Shown: positions 35,658 to 54,157, counted from the stretch's first letter. The stretch: DNA of 64,000 nt from Selaginella moellendorffii (GCF_000143415.4 NW_003314317.1:496001-560000); one strand, 5' to 3'. Notes: a model not told the origin generated them from the letters alone. Numbers and translations are program-made.

Positions 35658-38476
35658 TTAATCCCTGCTGCTGCTCACTTTGCTACTGCTGCCGCCACCG
35701 CCGTGCTTGGAAGATCTCGGCTTCCCTTCAAACGAAGACCTCCGCGACGACGAGGATGACTTGATCGAGACGGTTGTCCGAGGCCCCACAACCGACGACC
35801 CCACGCCAGCCGGCTCGCTCGGAACAAAGCAGCGTGACCGAGAAACTGTCGCCAAGCCACTGCCACTTTCTCTTCTCAGCGATGAAGACGACGTCTTGCC
35901 TGCCGCCGCCGCCGCCGCCGCCGAGCTCGTCAACCCGTTCACTTTGCTCGAGTGCCCGTCCTTTGTCTTGATCGATGGCGGCGCCGCCGCTCGAGCCGTG
36001 GAGCCGTGCCGTCCGGTGCTCTCCCTGTGCTCGTCCAAGTTTTTGTGGTTGCTCGTCCGAGCTGACGCTGATGCCGTTTCCTGCGTCGAGCCACCACCAC
36101 CCGGGGGCCGCTTCGCCGCCGCCGCTGCTGACGAGAGGGAATGGTTCACTTGGCTTAAGCTTCTCTTCTTCTCGCTGCTCACGGGGCTCTTCTTCACTGG
36201 CGGGTGGTGGTGGTGGCTGGCGGTCTCTTTCCGGGAAGTGCCGTGGCCGTCGGGGATCTGCGTGCTCGGCTTCTCGTCTATCCTCGCCAGCTTTGACGTC
36301 CTGTGGTGTGGAGCCTCGCTGCTTTGCTGCCTCTTGCCTTTGACGACGAACTCCTTGTCGTCCGAGTTGGCCATCGTGCAGAGAATAGTTGCAGCTTGAA
36401 CGCCCGGAGAGCATGGCATGGCTGCATGCATTAAACACCAGCAATGCGTTACTCACGACGTCCTAAAGAATAAGAACAAAAAGAGGTACCTGGTAGATTC
36501 GAGAGTGTTCTTCGACTGTGAGGTGCGTCATCGTCGTCACGTTTAAGTTGGAGCGAAGGAAGCTCTGGATGCACAGCCGACTTGCTCTTCTCAAACTCGC
36601 CTCCTCGATCCCTCTGAGGAAGTGAACCTTCTTCGTCTTGTTCTTCCTTGGGCCTGACCGCTGCAGCTCCGCTTCTCAACTCCGGCACCTCGACTTTCAC
36701 CGGCGTCGGCTCCACCTTTGTCTTTGAGCCACTCTCACTTTTCGGCCATGTCCGTTCGCCTGTCCTGCCGTTCCTTGCTGCTCTACTGTAATCCGACACG
36801 CCGCATGGAGAGAACGAGAAGGGAGATGGAGGAATGCCTTCGTATCTAGAGTTTTTCTCTGTACCCGGCCCCGCATGGTCCGTCGGCTTCGAGAACGATA
36901 TCAACGCGTCTAAAGAATCACTAGCCGGCAGCTTGAGTCTGTCCGCAAAATCTTCAACTGAGTGAAGAGGCAAGTCTTCGAGAGTGAAGGTTGGAAAGAG
37001 CTCGAACGATTTCGATTTCGTCTGCATGAAGACATGAATAAAAGATCAGCAAACCAAATGATAGAGAACGTACCTTGTCCAGGGATCCCGGCGTGTGTAG
37101 TCTGTCCTCGGATTGCTGGCTCTCGTCGCCTTGAGATGGCCTCTCGAGATCCAACATCAGCCTTACCTTCACATCTTCATTCAGAGCATTTTCTACAAAA
37201 GGCTTCTGAACAAACGTATGCTTTGGCAAAAGCTGCATGACATTGTTTATTTCCTTTAATACAAGTCCGGATTCGCCATCGCCGCCGTCATCGTCCGCCG
37301 ATGCTGGTTGCGTTTTCTCGCTGTCATCGGACAAAAGAATGTCCAGTGGAGTAATATTTACCATGAAGCGAGAGAGATCAACATGCTTGGACTTGAGCCC
37401 GTACATGTCTGCGAAAAAGGAAGAGGAAAAGAATCGTGTTTCAGATCGACGAAGGAACCAACTTGGACGAATTGTAAAGAAACTCACCAAGAATGCCAGT
37501 GGCACTAGCAGAGTTTGATGAGACTTTAAGCTTTGAAGGGGATAAATCGGCCACGGGAGGTAAGTGACCATTTTTTTTGTCTAGTCTTTTTGAGCTTTGC
37601 CCACGCCGTCTCCGTCTGGTTGACTCGACATTTTCTGAGAAAAGAGAGAGAGAGAGAAAAAAAGAGATGTTTAAATCTACTCAAAACTCCAAGAAAGAAA
37701 GAGAATGAAAAAAGGTAAGAGATGAATGATAAACAAACGCACCAGAGGCACTCGTGGACTGATCAGCAGCTCCATTGTTGGAGCCGTCTTTTTTGTCATC
37801 CTGGTGATTAGAGAGCTCCGCGGCAAGCACCTCCCCTTCTCTAGATCTCTTGCGGCTTCGACCCCCTCGGCCTCCCCCCACACCTTTGGACTCCGACCCA
37901 AGTCGCTCCACAGTTGTGATGCACGACTTGGTCTTTAGAACTCCCGTCCCAGAGCTATTTACAGGGGGGCCAGGCGCGTTCTTCAAAGTGATGACGCTCC
38001 TCCTGGGTTGCGGCTCCGAATTGGAGGACTTGGAGCCTGTGAGTACGCGACACAAAACAAGGAGATTAGAAATAGCAAGAACACGGAGGGAAAGGAAAAG
38101 GAGAAAAAAAAAAAAGAGAAGAACCTTGGAGCCTACCTGACTGCGAAAGAGACGAAATCCCCGAAATTGTCTTCCCGTTGAGATGAGGGGGTAGCATGGG
38201 GCTGCGAAACCCGTTGGAAGTGGAAACTCCCCCGGCTTTGGGATTGAAATGGGAACTTCTTGTCATCTTGGCTAGCGTTTCGTTGGTCATCATCTTCTCC
38301 AGCATCCCTTTGGACGACTCTGCGTATTCCATCCACCGCTTTTCCTCACCAATAGGAGCCAAATCTCGCTCGCTCGCCCGGCCTAGAGCCTAAGCCGCGA
38401 GCTCCTGCATGCCGCGAGGCTCTCGATTTACCCCGCCGCGAAGATTGAGAGCACAATCAATCTCCATCTCGAGCAT
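35658..38476 (-). CDS. Uncharacterised multi-exon plant protein, Ser/Lys-rich C-terminus, possibly At1g64050-like; start uncertain
   Basis: Exon ORFs 38066-38362, 37681-38055, 36954-37571, 36449-37027 and 35658-36431 joined by short GT-AG introns. Motifs DMYGLKSK and AATILCTMA recalled from a conserved plant family (unverified). Confidence 0.65.
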
Positions 38477-40738
38477 GCATCTCCTCGCGGCGCGCCCCGG
38501 AAAAAGAGCGCCGCTGGCCAAGTCAACACCATCTGCCTAACCACGAAAAAGATGCCTCCCCCTTCCCTCTCCTACACAAGATTGGAAGAGATTGGGGGAA
38601 GATTGGGATTTCCACTGCCGCCCCACCTCACACGCACAGCGCCGTGTTTCTAGAGCCGGACGCGCGAGCGAAGAGAGGGATTCCAGCGAGAACGAGAGCG
38701 AGAGAGCGAGAAAGAGAGAGGATTCAATGCGGAAGAACGCAGGCGCTCAGATCTTTGTCGCCGCCGCGGCCGCGACCTAATGCCTCACACTCGCGGGGCG
38801 AGAGTCGCGCAGCTCACAAACCCTAGAAATCTCGTCGATGCGCAACGGCGAGTGCGCACTCTCCCTTCTTTTTTGTGGCTCATTCATGCAAATGTATATG
38901 TTTGCCTGGTCTGGCTTGGGTTGCCAGGTACCTTCCTGCCGGCCGTGTCCAACCCGGTGCTGCCCGCGCTGCCCGCCCTGCCCCAGTGTCCACGTCACTC
39001 GACCCGGGGCAAAGGGGTAGGTAGGTGAAGCTACTGGGTACCTTGTTGGATCATGCGTCCTGTATGGACCGCCGGCCGGAGAGGGGCGAGTGAAGAGAGT
39101 ACGTGGGTTTTTCTGTTTGAAGATTTTTTGTTTTTCTTTTTTTCCTTTTTTCTCCTTAATCTTCATCCAACCGAACCATCCAAATCATATAGGGGCCAGT
39201 GGTAGCATCGACAGGTAGCTTGCTTGCTCGCTTCATCGCTTTTTGGAATTATTCTCCCTTGCTTTTACCACGGGTGGGGGGGTGAAAGCTTTTTAACTCG
39301 TGGTGGTTTATTTTTACCCGGCGATGGGTGAGGTCACGAGCTCAATCCACTGTCCCGACACATACGAGGCCATTTTATAAACGATGGGAGGAATCTACAC
39401 ATGCACAAGCAAGGGCACCCCCCTAAAGCACGTTGATTCGCTAGAAGATTCCTCCTCCTTGGTCAAACCACTAGAGCGATCTCGAGCTTCAATCGTCAAA
39501 GAAGCTGCGTCCCAGAGAGGAGACGTCGTCCCCTTTTGACTCCCTGTGAAAAAGGAAGGAGAGAAGTTTAGATCTATAGATCCACATGAGATTTGCCTGT
39601 AGCTTTTACCTCCGCAAGCATTCCCTGAATTGGCGACCTCTTCTAATGTCCACCTCGCCCTCCTCGAGCTAAGCAACAAGAACAGTGAGTCGATTGCGAG
39701 GCAACATTCTCTAAACTCACGGCATCGTTTCCATAGATTAGATCGTAGCAAGTCCACGAAACGCATTGGAGCATGCAATTTTGCTTGGCGATGCTGCTGG
39801 ATTGGCACTTCCAGCCCCAGAGTCCACTGGAGAATAGACCAAATTGTCAAGTGGATGATCGCTAATAGAGGTCTACCTGTTAATGTCTTGGAGACACTCT
39901 TTTTTTTTGGCCAAAATCTCGTCGTCCTAAACATCGATCAATCAATCACAGCTCTAAAAGGAGCTTCCTAAATTTACCGTGATAGCCCGCCGCTTAGAAG
40001 CAAAGCCGCGATCCACGGCCAGCGCCACAAGCAGTAAAATCGTCAACAATCGCGCCATAGCCAGGGCTTTTAACTGTTGCCCTAAAACGAAAAAAATCGC
40101 TCCAACATTCTTGTGCTGACTCACGCACGACACGGTCTAGTTGGCACAACCCAAGCGCTCCACGTGGCAGTTGTAAGGCCGCGTCGCCAATTGGCACTAG
40201 CGCACGGGCTCCTGCCACGTCAGCCCCACCCATCCATGGCCGCAGCCTCGGCATTGACCTGCAGCCGTTAGATCACCCCCAACCCGACGGCGGCGATGGC
40301 GTACGCCACCTTCGCGGGCAGCGGGCAGGCCTAAATCCTCTGCGATTTTACGGCGCCGTCACACTTGGCCTCTTTCACAGCGAGCTCGAATTTACCTGTA
40401 GAGGAAAAACGCTGCCCGGGTCGCCTCTAGTATAGTGGCGCAGGCGATGGAGAGGAGCGAGGGCGCATAGGGCTTTTGTCCAGCGCCAGTGAGTGAGAGC
40501 TTCGCGAGTGCGGCTAGGGTTTTTCGGGGCGATCTCTAGAACACCATCGCGGTGGCGGAGCAGCCTAGAGGTAGGCACGGTCAATCTCCAGCTCCATTGC
40601 GCCGCTGCGAGGAATCGCGCACAGGGTTCTGCCGGGATCGATCGATTCCGGGGCTTTTGGGCCATGCTCTAGCAGGTACTCTGGATCTCTCTCATTGCGG
40701 GGCAAAGGATTGGATGTGTGACTGATAGAGCGGAAAGA

Positions 40739-42217
40739 ATGAAGAGCAAAGGGAGAGGGAAGCCGCGGAAGCGGGCAAAGGCCGAGGATGTGGCCGACCT
40801 CGTCAAGACGGAGATAGATGCCGCCGAGGCGCTCGCAGAGTTTAGTAAGCAAGTAGTGGTGGCTCGAGACGACGATTCTGGCATGAAGCTCCAGTGGCAG
40901 AGAAAGCGCAAGAGATCTACAAAGTATGGGATGGAGTCGTCCAGCAGCAGTATGTTGGTGGCCTCCAACAGCGCTGTGGATTTCCCACTCGTCAAGGACG
41001 AGTACCCTTCGGACAGTGATAAGGAACGCGGTGGTGGTAGCCTTCCTTTGGTGACTTACAACAGGTTTGACACTTCCGAGGATTCCCTGGAGCCGGGCTT
41101 TCGGGCTGAGAGCCCGAGCTCACCACTTCCGCCTCTTGGAACCGAGGGATACTCGGCCTACGTCAAGTCGGAGGCGGGGCTGGTCCAGCAATGCGCGTTC
41201 AAGTCATCGCTGGAGTTTGAGGAGAAGCCAAAGGCAATCTCCTGGAGCAAGCTCCGTGGGATGAAGCAGCCAAAGCTGGAGGACGCGAGGTCGAGTTTCC
41301 ATGCAAAGGATAGACGAATGAGTTCTACGCTAGGATGCGGTAAAGGACGGTCTGCCAGAGCCGTGTTAACCGAGGTAAGCCATTTTGAGTTTCATTGCCT
41401 CGTCTAATATGTTTTGCTTTTCTCGAACTTGTCTTCCAGGAGGAGAAAGAGATCCGCAGACTTCGACGAATAGAAGCAAATCGGGAGTCCGCACGTCAAA
41501 CCATACGCCGAAAGCAGGTACTTATCATGGGATTACATGGCGTGGCAGTAAAGCATGGTCTCTTGATTCGCAGAAAATGTGTGAAGAGATGACGTTGAAA
41601 GCGAACGAGCTTTCTTCAGCAAACGATCGATGTAGGAAGGTAAATGCTCCCTCGCTTTGCTCGTGATTGATCGATTAAGCCTGTGTTTCTTTTCCGTGCA
41701 GGAAATCGAAGCGATCCGCGAGGAAAACCGGCGTCTGTATGAAGCAGGCTGTTCTTTACGAAAGCAGGTACATAACAAGTATGATTCATACTCACGTCTT
41801 ACATAAAGCGTTGTCTCGCAGCTTGCCGACAAGTACATAGAGCTCGGCACCTCCTTCCCAGTTCTTCCGACTTTAGAGGACGAATCCAAGTGTGCAAGGA
41901 AGCCGGATGGATTCAAGGAAGCGATCACTGAGACTGTCCAAGTTAACAGGCAGGATGACAACATAGAATTGGTGGAGTCACAAACCTCACACTCCACAGC
42001 AGCAGTGGCTCGCACGAATCAAACAGCGGCGCCGTTGCTTACAGTGGAACGCTATACAACAATGGTTCCTCCAAGATTTTATAGTTTCCCTTATTCATTT
42101 TACACGGGGCGAAAAGATGCGCTAGCAGCAGCTACGGCAGCTCAGGCCCGGCGACGAAGAAAAGAGCTGACGAGAAGCAAAAATCTGCTGGCCAGGCAAG
42201 TTAGCCTTAACTCTTGA
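40739..42217 (+). CDS. bZIP62: bZIP transcription factor, bZIP62-like (group J)
   Basis: EIDAAEALAEF, spliced LTEEEKEIRRLRRIEANRESARQTIRRKQ basic region, C-terminal AAQARRRRKELTRSKNL. Confidence 0.85.
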
Positions 42218-42487
42218 TACTTTGATCATCTTTCCTCTCAATTTTCTTCTTTCATGATTTTTTTCTTATCCTTTTTTTTTCATCAACTCTGAGTTGATAG
42301 ATATGGTTTGAAAAGCAATTATTTTCATGTGACACCCCAAATTGTATTCTTTATACGCTATAATCTTGAAAGCATGGTTGAATTTTTTGTTTTATTTTGC
42401 AAATAGTGGGAGGAAAAAAACCAAGCAGTGGCACAAACTCCCCACTCAATCAATACAAATTAGCAGCAATTATCGGGTTTTCATTGT

Positions 42488-43269
42488 TTACTCAAACTGT
42501 GGGACTATTCCTCCAGCAGCAACAATTTGTTCTTCCAGCTACACAAAATGTTTCATTACAAAATCTTAATGGTAAAGAAAAATCTCGTTTTTGAACCTGA
42601 AGAAGTGTTTCCAACCTTGCTTTCACCAATTGATACTCCCGTTTAACTTGTTGAAGGCAATTCACACACCTGAAACAACAAAAGGATCTCATAGTATTTG
42701 AGAAGTTTTTGAAAGAATCCTGGTTCACCCTTCTTTGTTTGAAGCATCACAACACTGCCGAAAGCTAATGCAAACATTCTTCACGCGTTGCGCTCCAATG
42801 CTGTGAGTTCGATCGATTCGTCTGTGAGAAAGTAAAAGGATGTTTTGCGTAGATACCTGGAGCTACTGCCTTTGAACTGATGAACATGAGCATCAAGAAC
42901 TTTGAAGTCAAGAGGATCAGTCTCACTGCCAACAAAAATGACAAAGAGACACATACGCATCAAATCAAAAGAGAAGTTAAGTTAAAACTCACAGTGTTTC
43001 AGTGATGCTGTCGATTATTTTCTCGGAGTCCTCGAAAAAGAGCGTTACAACTTCCGCCACGAATCCTGGATTGCTTGGGTCCTGTAACTGTTGGAGCTGG
43101 ACAAACTGATCATCGAGAAATCCCTGGATTCCAAAAAAGAAAAAACCAAAAAAAAAAAAGAAAACGAGGAAGAATGAGAGGTTCGAGCCTTGATAACCAA
43201 AATCCAAACCTCCTTGAACATGTCCTCTGTCAGCTCCACGTATTTTTGCTCCAGCGGGGCTGCAGCCAT
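42488..43269 (-). CDS. AHP: Histidine phosphotransfer protein (cytokinin phosphorelay)
   Basis: Spliced [15 protein letters not shown]...[13 protein letters not shown]...[19 protein letters not shown] with the phospho-accepting His intact. Confidence 0.93.
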
Positions 43270-43916
43270 CCCTAATTCGATCGATCCAATCCTCCCCAGC
43301 GGCACAAAGATCCGATGGCCTCCTCACGGACGAATGCTCATGATCCGCTGCAAGGAATTCTTAGCAAATCGCCAGAAAAGCTATCGATCGGAGCTCACCC
43401 TCGTTCGCCTCCCAGCCCTAGCGATCATCCAAATTACCCTCCCCTGGCCAAAGAGGACAGAGAAAAAAAAAACCCAAAAAAAACCATGAGAGGAGAAAAG
43501 CTGTAGTATATTCCAGCTCGAGCCAATGCCATCCAACCACATAGAGAATAGCAGCAAGAACAATTGCAACACAGCCTGGAAGGAAAGACGGACAAAACCG
43601 AGCAAGGGGAGGGAAAACCTAAAATAGTGGCGATCGAATTTCCTCCAAATCTTCTCGCGCGCCACGCGACATAGCCCCAAAGCGTGGCAAATCTTCGCGA
43701 AGAAAATCTCGCTCGCTCGCCATTGCCACTCCGTCGGCCCTAAAGCTTTGTGGCGGGAAATTTTTTGACCGAAATATTGGGGCGATCGTGGCCGTCCGTT
43801 GCCGCAGCAACGGCTCGGATGCGCATGAGGCCGCCCTTGATGCCTATGCTCCCCTGGAAGCTGCGCCTAAAGGAACGAAGAGTGTGAGTTAGGTTTTCTT
43901 AGAGCTGCTAGGGTTG

Positions 43917-48453
<4,537 letters not shown>

Positions 48454-48692
48454 TCCGGGGCTATTCTTTTTAGTTGTACAGTTTTGATTGTTAATGGTCA
48501 TCAGTGACTTTATGCCACTTTAACCCTTGACTATAATTTGTCAGCCCTAATCGGACGAATAAACTTTTAGGGCAAGCAGCATTAAGGTCTAGAAGCCACT
48601 GGCTAAAGCCTAACCCTAATTTGACTTCCTTCTTTAATCCTCTTATATACAAACCCATATAAATGGGAGGAACAGGAAACATTGGAATGTAC

Positions 48693-51212
48693 TTATTTTT
48701 GACTTTCGAGTTCCAGTATGAGCTGCTCCATGGTCTTCCTGTATATTGGCATGTAGTGATCATTCACCATGGTTCGCGACAACCGCACCTTCCCATATAG
48801 CCTCCTGTTCGTCTCAAACAGTCCCACCCTCGCCTTGAATTCCTGCTCGCCACCATCGCTGCCCGAGTCCTCTGGCAGCGGCGAAACCATGTGAATCACT
48901 CGACCTGGGGGATAGAACCGATTGCGCTCTCGGCCACAGCCTTGTTCTTCCGATGGCAAAACTATGTCCCTTCCCATCTCGGTCGCGGACGCCATCACGT
49001 CCTCCTCCTCTTTGGTGATCTCCTTAGCTGCTCGCTCTTCTTCTTCCCGCCCCAGGCGATCCTCCTCCTTTTGCCGCTGGAGTTCTTCTTCCAGCTCCTG
49101 CCACAGATACTCCTCGCCAATGCTTACGTGATCCGCTGCCTCCTGGGAGCTGGAACCGGGAAATTCTGCTTCAATCTCCATTTCCTCCTGAGTCTCCACG
49201 GACCACTTTGTGTCCTCCTGAGTCTCCACGGACCACTTTGTTTCCTCCTGAGTTTCCACAGACCACTTTGTTTCTTCCACCTCGGTGAAGGTGGACGAGC
49301 ACGGAAGAGAATCCGCCTTTGGAGCCTCTTCCATTCCCCCTTCACTCTCTTTAATACTCGTCACTGTACTCGTTACTGTGTTTGCACGCCTACGCGGCCC
49401 GATGCACGCCCATCCAGACAGTCCGGTCAATCCGAGCGATGGCCGAGTCCGAACAACTGCCATTGCAACGTTCTGCGCTTGTTTCATGACAACCTGGACG
49501 CATTAAAACACGTAGTTAGAAATTGGTGCAGGACGCTGGACGATGGACGGGGGGAATGGAACTCAACGAAGTACCAGGTTGGAAAGATGACAAAGATTGC
49601 TTTGCCAGTATATCCTAACACGGTTCGTCCAAGGATAGAAGAAACCCGGAAGAGCTTCTCCGAAAAAGATGTAGGCCTAATCTTTGCTGGAGAAGGATCA
49701 GGAGAGTGGAGAAAGGGGAAAGCATTGTGTTCGTTACGGGATAGTAGATACCTGGGTGCTGCTGCTGACTGGCTTCCAGATAGCCCCCGCGCTAGCGACT
49801 CCAGTTCGCATCCTTGCCATTGATGGCAATCTGCTACTTACTGCTGTAGCAGAACGATACACTGTCCGCAAGATTCTTGTTCGTTCGATCTGCTCCTTGA
49901 AATCACTGACCCAAGCAGAAGATGTCACCTATTTCAGAAAAATGAATTTCACAGCGAAAGGGAGAAGTATGAGCAGCAAACTACTTACTTCAGCTCGTAA
50001 ATCGTCCACAGATGCAGCAGAAAACGTTGGCACCAGGTCTGAACCGTTTACGACAGACGTCACAAATGGCAATCCAGACTCCGCAAGCTCCCACGTCATG
50101 CAAGCAGCTGATAATAGTAGAATGTTAGCAAAGTCTCGGCTCTAAAAAATAGTTATCTACCAGGAGCGAAGGATACACAATTCGCTGAACTGAATTCCTT
50201 CTTCTCTCGAAGAATATACGTCAGCAAAGCAGCCGTGCCGCCGCCAAGTGAATGACCAACTATCTGGATCAAACGTAAGCGTCAAAATGGGAGTTCCAAT
50301 CACGCCTCTTACCTTTATTCGATAGCCGGGAGACTTATTTAAAGCTTCAAGCAAATGCGGAGTAGCTAGCTGAGCAATCCACCTTGCAGCAGCAACCATG
50401 CCGCAATGAGCATATCCCAAAACCAAACTTTCCACGCCTCCGTTATGCAGAACCGTGAGATGGAAGGGGACAACCGCTCCCGTGACAGCCGTTAACGTGT
50501 CCTTGATGCTATGAGTTCCACGGATGACAAGAAGTATGGATTCGGTCTTGTCATCCCTCAACACACAAAAGGCGGGCTTCAACAGCTGCACGAAAGAAAA
50601 GAAATAGCTCACTTAATCGACTAGTCCCGAAAAGAAAGAACCAACATACCGCAGCCTTCGGTTCTTGAAGAATCACTTGATCCTTAGAGAAGCCAGTTTC
50701 TTCCAGGAACAAAGGGAACGGCTTCTTCGAAAAATGTAGACATATAAGAAGCAATCGCAAGAGCTCCTTCAACGTATTCACAACCTCCAAGCCTGTAAGC
50801 TGGCAACCATCGCCAGCGAAAACACTAGCTACGTGGAGATGTCCCTGCGAAGACGAAAGAAGAGTAGCTGATTTAACAAGAAAAGCACTACTTCCACACT
50901 TCCACTTACTTGACGCCGGAGAAGGTAATTGATTCCAAACGCCAAATCCCCAATCGGCCATTTCCCAAGAGTCTCCGAGTAAGTAAACCGCAAAGTCTCC
51001 ATAATCGTGGCAAGAGCTTCCAGCCATGTCGATGGAGCTCGGACGAGCCGAGGCATCCTCAAGGAGCTGGAGCTGGAGCTCCTACTGGATTCCCCGCCCT
51101 CATCCAGCTCGCCAAATTCATCCACACCGCGCCTTCCCCATGGAATCCCCCATCTCGAGTAGTAATACAGGGCAGCTGCTCCAGCCGCCGTCGCAAGCGT
51201 CGCCGTAGCCAT
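48693..51212 (-). CDS. Class-3 lipase (Lipase3_N plus Lipase_3)
   Basis: TLRFTYSETLGKWPIGDLAFGI, IRGTHS, AHCGM, spliced IVGHSLGGG, FYPPGRVIH, DHYMP. Confidence 0.92.
49181..49278 (-). repeat. In-frame 30-bp tandem repeat (EETKWSVETQ x3) in the lipase CDS
   Basis: Three near-identical 30-mers. Confidence 0.9.
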
Positions 51213-51646
51213 CGCGCTCCAGAGCTTCGATCATCCCTCGGACATGGAGCTGTAAAGCGCGCATTCGATCGAGAGGGAGCGGTTCCAGCAGCGTAGCCTT
51301 ACCTGGAGAGATTGCAGAACCCTAGAAGCAGATCCAGCTCGCCGTGAGGATTTCGCACGGAAAATGCGATGACTCCCCCGAGAAATTCCACCGCCTTCCC
51401 TAGTCACAGAACAAACGTTGCGTCGCTTCTCCTCCGTTAGGTCTAAAAAGGTCACATATGTCCGGAGGATATCCTCCTTGGAACCGTTGGATAATCCAAT
51501 AGGGCTGCTTACGTGGGCCGTCGGATGTCGCCGTAAGGCCAAGTGTCACACCGCGAATCCGACGACCACGATTTCTTCCAGACCGGAAGTGCCACACCGC
51601 GAAATTCGACGGCCAGGATTTCTTCTAGACGGGAATCAATGGCCAG

Positions 51647-54157
51647 ATGTCGAGCAGCCTGTCGCTTCTTTGTTCCAAGCAAGGCCCACTCCACGCGTTG
51701 AGGGCTTTTGCGAGCGCTCATGTTCTTCACGTCGATAGGGCTCACAGCGAGGCGGATCTGGCACGCCAGTGCAACGATGCCAGAGATCTCTCCCATGCCC
51801 GCCAAATCCACGCTCGAATTCTCGCCACCGAGTGGCGCGGCAGCGTTTTCCTGGGAAATCAGGTTATTCATATGTATGGGCGATGCGGTAGCGTCGGCGA
51901 CGCCGATCGTGTGTTTCACGCGATGGAGCGGCGGAATCTCTTCTCATGGAACATCGTCCTCGCGGCATATGCCCAGAACGGGCATCTTGCCGAGTGTAAT
52001 GCCGGGTTCTCGAGGATTCCGGAATGGAATGTTGTGTCGTGGACGGTGATGATGGTGGCTTACACACAAAGAGGGAATGTCCAGGGCGCGAAGGAAACGT
52101 TCGATCAAATGCCGGAGCGGAATGTCGTGTCTTGGACGACCATGATCTCGCTATATGCCCAGTCAGGGCATTTCGAAGATGCCAAGAGAATGTTCTCTTT
52201 AATTCCGGAATGCACTGTGGTATCCTGGACGGTCATTTTCCAAGCCCACGTTACCAACGGCCAGATCGACAGCGCCAAAGCCGTGTTTGACGAAATGCCC
52301 GAGAGGAACGTGGTCGCGTGGACGGCCATGGTCTCGGCATATTCCAACCTCCACAGGCCGGAAGATTCGCTCGCGTGGCTCAGCAGGATGCCACAGTGGA
52401 ACGTGGTCACGTGCAACGTCATGCTGGACGGCTACGTGGCACGGGGCCTCTTTGACGACGCCGCCGCGCAGTTCCACGTCGTCCCCAAGGATGTGGTGAC
52501 GTGGAACACCATGCTGACGGCATGCACGGAGCACGGCCACGTCGACCTCGCGGTTGAAATGTTCCACAGGATGCCGCAGCACACCGTCGTGACGTGGAAC
52601 GCGATGATAGCCGGGTATGCCCGTAACGGGCATCTGGACGAGTCAAGGGCGCTGTTTGACTGCCTAGACGAACGCAACGCGGTGACGTGGACAACCATGA
52701 TTTCGGCGTACGCGCAGTGTAGATTACTGCGGGAAGCCGCGGTTCTGTTTCACGAGATGCCGCAGTTAGACGCACGGCCGTGGCACGTCATGGTTGCGGC
52801 ATATGCCGAGGCAGGGCAGTTTGACGACGCCAAGGCGCTGTTTGAGCAGTCCGACGCTCGGGATTCCACCACGTGGACGGCCATGATGGGCGCTTATGCT
52901 CACCACGGCCAGTGGGAACAATCCAAGGCCTTGTTCGATGGAATGCCGAGAAGAGCTGTGGAGCCATGGAACAATTTGATCTCGGTGTATGGCCAATGCG
53001 GCTATCTGCAAGACGCGATCGAGGCATTCCATAAGATTCCCCACCGGGACGTGATCTCCTGGAACTCGATCCTCACGGCCACCGCGCAAAATGGACGCCT
53101 GGACGATGCCGAGGAGCTCTTTCGCCAAATCCCCGAGACGAATCCAGTTTCTTACAACATCCTCCTCCAGGCGCACGCTCAATCCGGCAACATCGATCGA
53201 GCGCTCGCTTTGTTTCGATCGATGCCAGGGCTCGGGATCCTGGCGTGGACGGCGATGGTCCTGCTCTACGCCAAGACCGGCAATCTGAACGACGCGCGGG
53301 AATTTTTCCACAGAATGCCGCAGCGCGACGCCTTCTCGTGCATCACCATGATCGCGGTGAGCGCGATGAAGGGGAATCTTTCTGAATCAAACCAGTGCTT
53401 TCGCGAGATCCGCTACCACAACCTCGCGTCCTGGACGACGATGCTAGTGGCAAATGCCCAGAACGGGCATCTGGAGGTAGCGCGAGCGTTGTTTGATCTC
53501 ATGCCCGTACGAGACAACGTATCATGGAACGCGATGATCACGGGCTACGCCTCGAAGGGCCGTACGGAAGAGGCCCGGCGGATATTCGAGTCCATGCCGG
53601 AGCGCAACGCGGCATCTTTCGGCGCCATGATCTCGGCATATGCCCAGAACGGGTATATTCCCCAGGCGCGCGAGGTCTTCGAGAGTGGCGGCTCCTCCCA
53701 GCACGACGCCTGGAACGCCCTGATCGCGGCACTGGCGCGCGATGGCCACGCCGCCGACGCGATCCATCTCTCGCGCGCGATGGCGCTCGAGGGCTACGCG
53801 CTGGATGGGGAGTCCTTCACGGCCATCCTCACGGCGTGCTGCCACTCGGGCAACATTGGGCGAGGGATCCGTGAGTTTGGATCGATCGTGGATCACGGGC
53901 TGAGCCCAATTGGATCTCACTACTGCCGGATGATCGATCTCCTGGGGCGTGCCGGGGAGCTGGGCAAGGCGGAGGATTTGATCGCGGCAATGCCATTCCC
54001 GCCCTGCGATGTGGCGTGGGGGACGCTCTTGGGTGCGTGTAAGGTCTCGCCAGATGTGGAGAGGGGGATGCGAGCGGCAGGGCAGGCATTGGAACTGGAT
54101 GGCCAGAGATCCGGCCCCTATATCATGCTCTCCAACTTGTACACGAGAGAGGCGTAG
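51647..54157 (+). CDS. PLS-class PPR protein with E domain and no DYW (organellar RNA-editing factor type)
   Basis: Single 836-aa ORF with more than 20 ~31-aa repeats (RNVVSWTTMISLYAQSG), HYCRMIDLLGRAG, AWGTLLGAC, YIMLSNLY. Confidence 0.95.
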   Translation: MSSSLSLLCSKQGPLHALRAFASAHVLHVDRAHSEADLARQCNDARDLSHARQIHARILATEWRGSVFLGNQVIHMYGRCGSVGDADRVFHAMERRNLFSWNIVLAAYAQNGHLAECNAGFSRIPEWNVVSWTVMMVAYTQRGNVQGAKETFDQMPERNVVSWTTMISLYAQSGHFEDAKRMFSLIPECTVVSWTVIFQAHVTNGQIDSAKAVFDEMPERNVVAWTAMVSAYSNLHRPEDSLAWLSRMPQWNVVTCNVMLDGYVARGLFDDAAAQFHVVPKDVVTWNTMLTACTEHGHVDLAVEMFHRMPQHTVVTWNAMIAGYARNGHLDESRALFDCLDERNAVTWTTMISAYAQCRLLREAAVLFHEMPQLDARPWHVMVAAYAEAGQFDDAKALFEQSDARDSTTWTAMMGAYAHHGQWEQSKALFDGMPRRAVEPWNNLISVYGQCGYLQDAIEAFHKIPHRDVISWNSILTATAQNGRLDDAEELFRQIPETNPVSYNILLQAHAQSGNIDRALALFRSMPGLGILAWTAMVLLYAKTGNLNDAREFFHRMPQRDAFSCITMIAVSAMKGNLSESNQCFREIRYHNLASWTTMLVANAQNGHLEVARALFDLMPVRDNVSWNAMITGYASKGRTEEARRIFESMPERNAASFGAMISAYAQNGYIPQAREVFESGGSSQHDAWNALIAALARDGHAADAIHLSRAMALEGYALDGESFTAILTACCHSGNIGRGIREFGSIVDHGLSPIGSHYCRMIDLLGRAGELGKAEDLIAAMPFPPCDVAWGTLLGACKVSPDVERGMRAAGQALELDGQRSGPYIMLSNLYTREA

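Noticed and set aside
35443-35661. 72-aa hydrophobic ORF resembling a small membrane protein
   Set aside because: CT-rich low-complexity sequence antisense to the 3' end of the minus-strand gene. Not excluded, but unsupported.
39395-40665. ORFs upstream of the bZIP gene
   Set aside because: No recognisable domains or consistent exon chain. Likely promoter and 5' UTR.
48891-49823. 310-aa plus-strand ORF (similarly 35680-36399 and several within 52-54 kb)
   Set aside because: Antisense shadows of GC-rich real CDSs.
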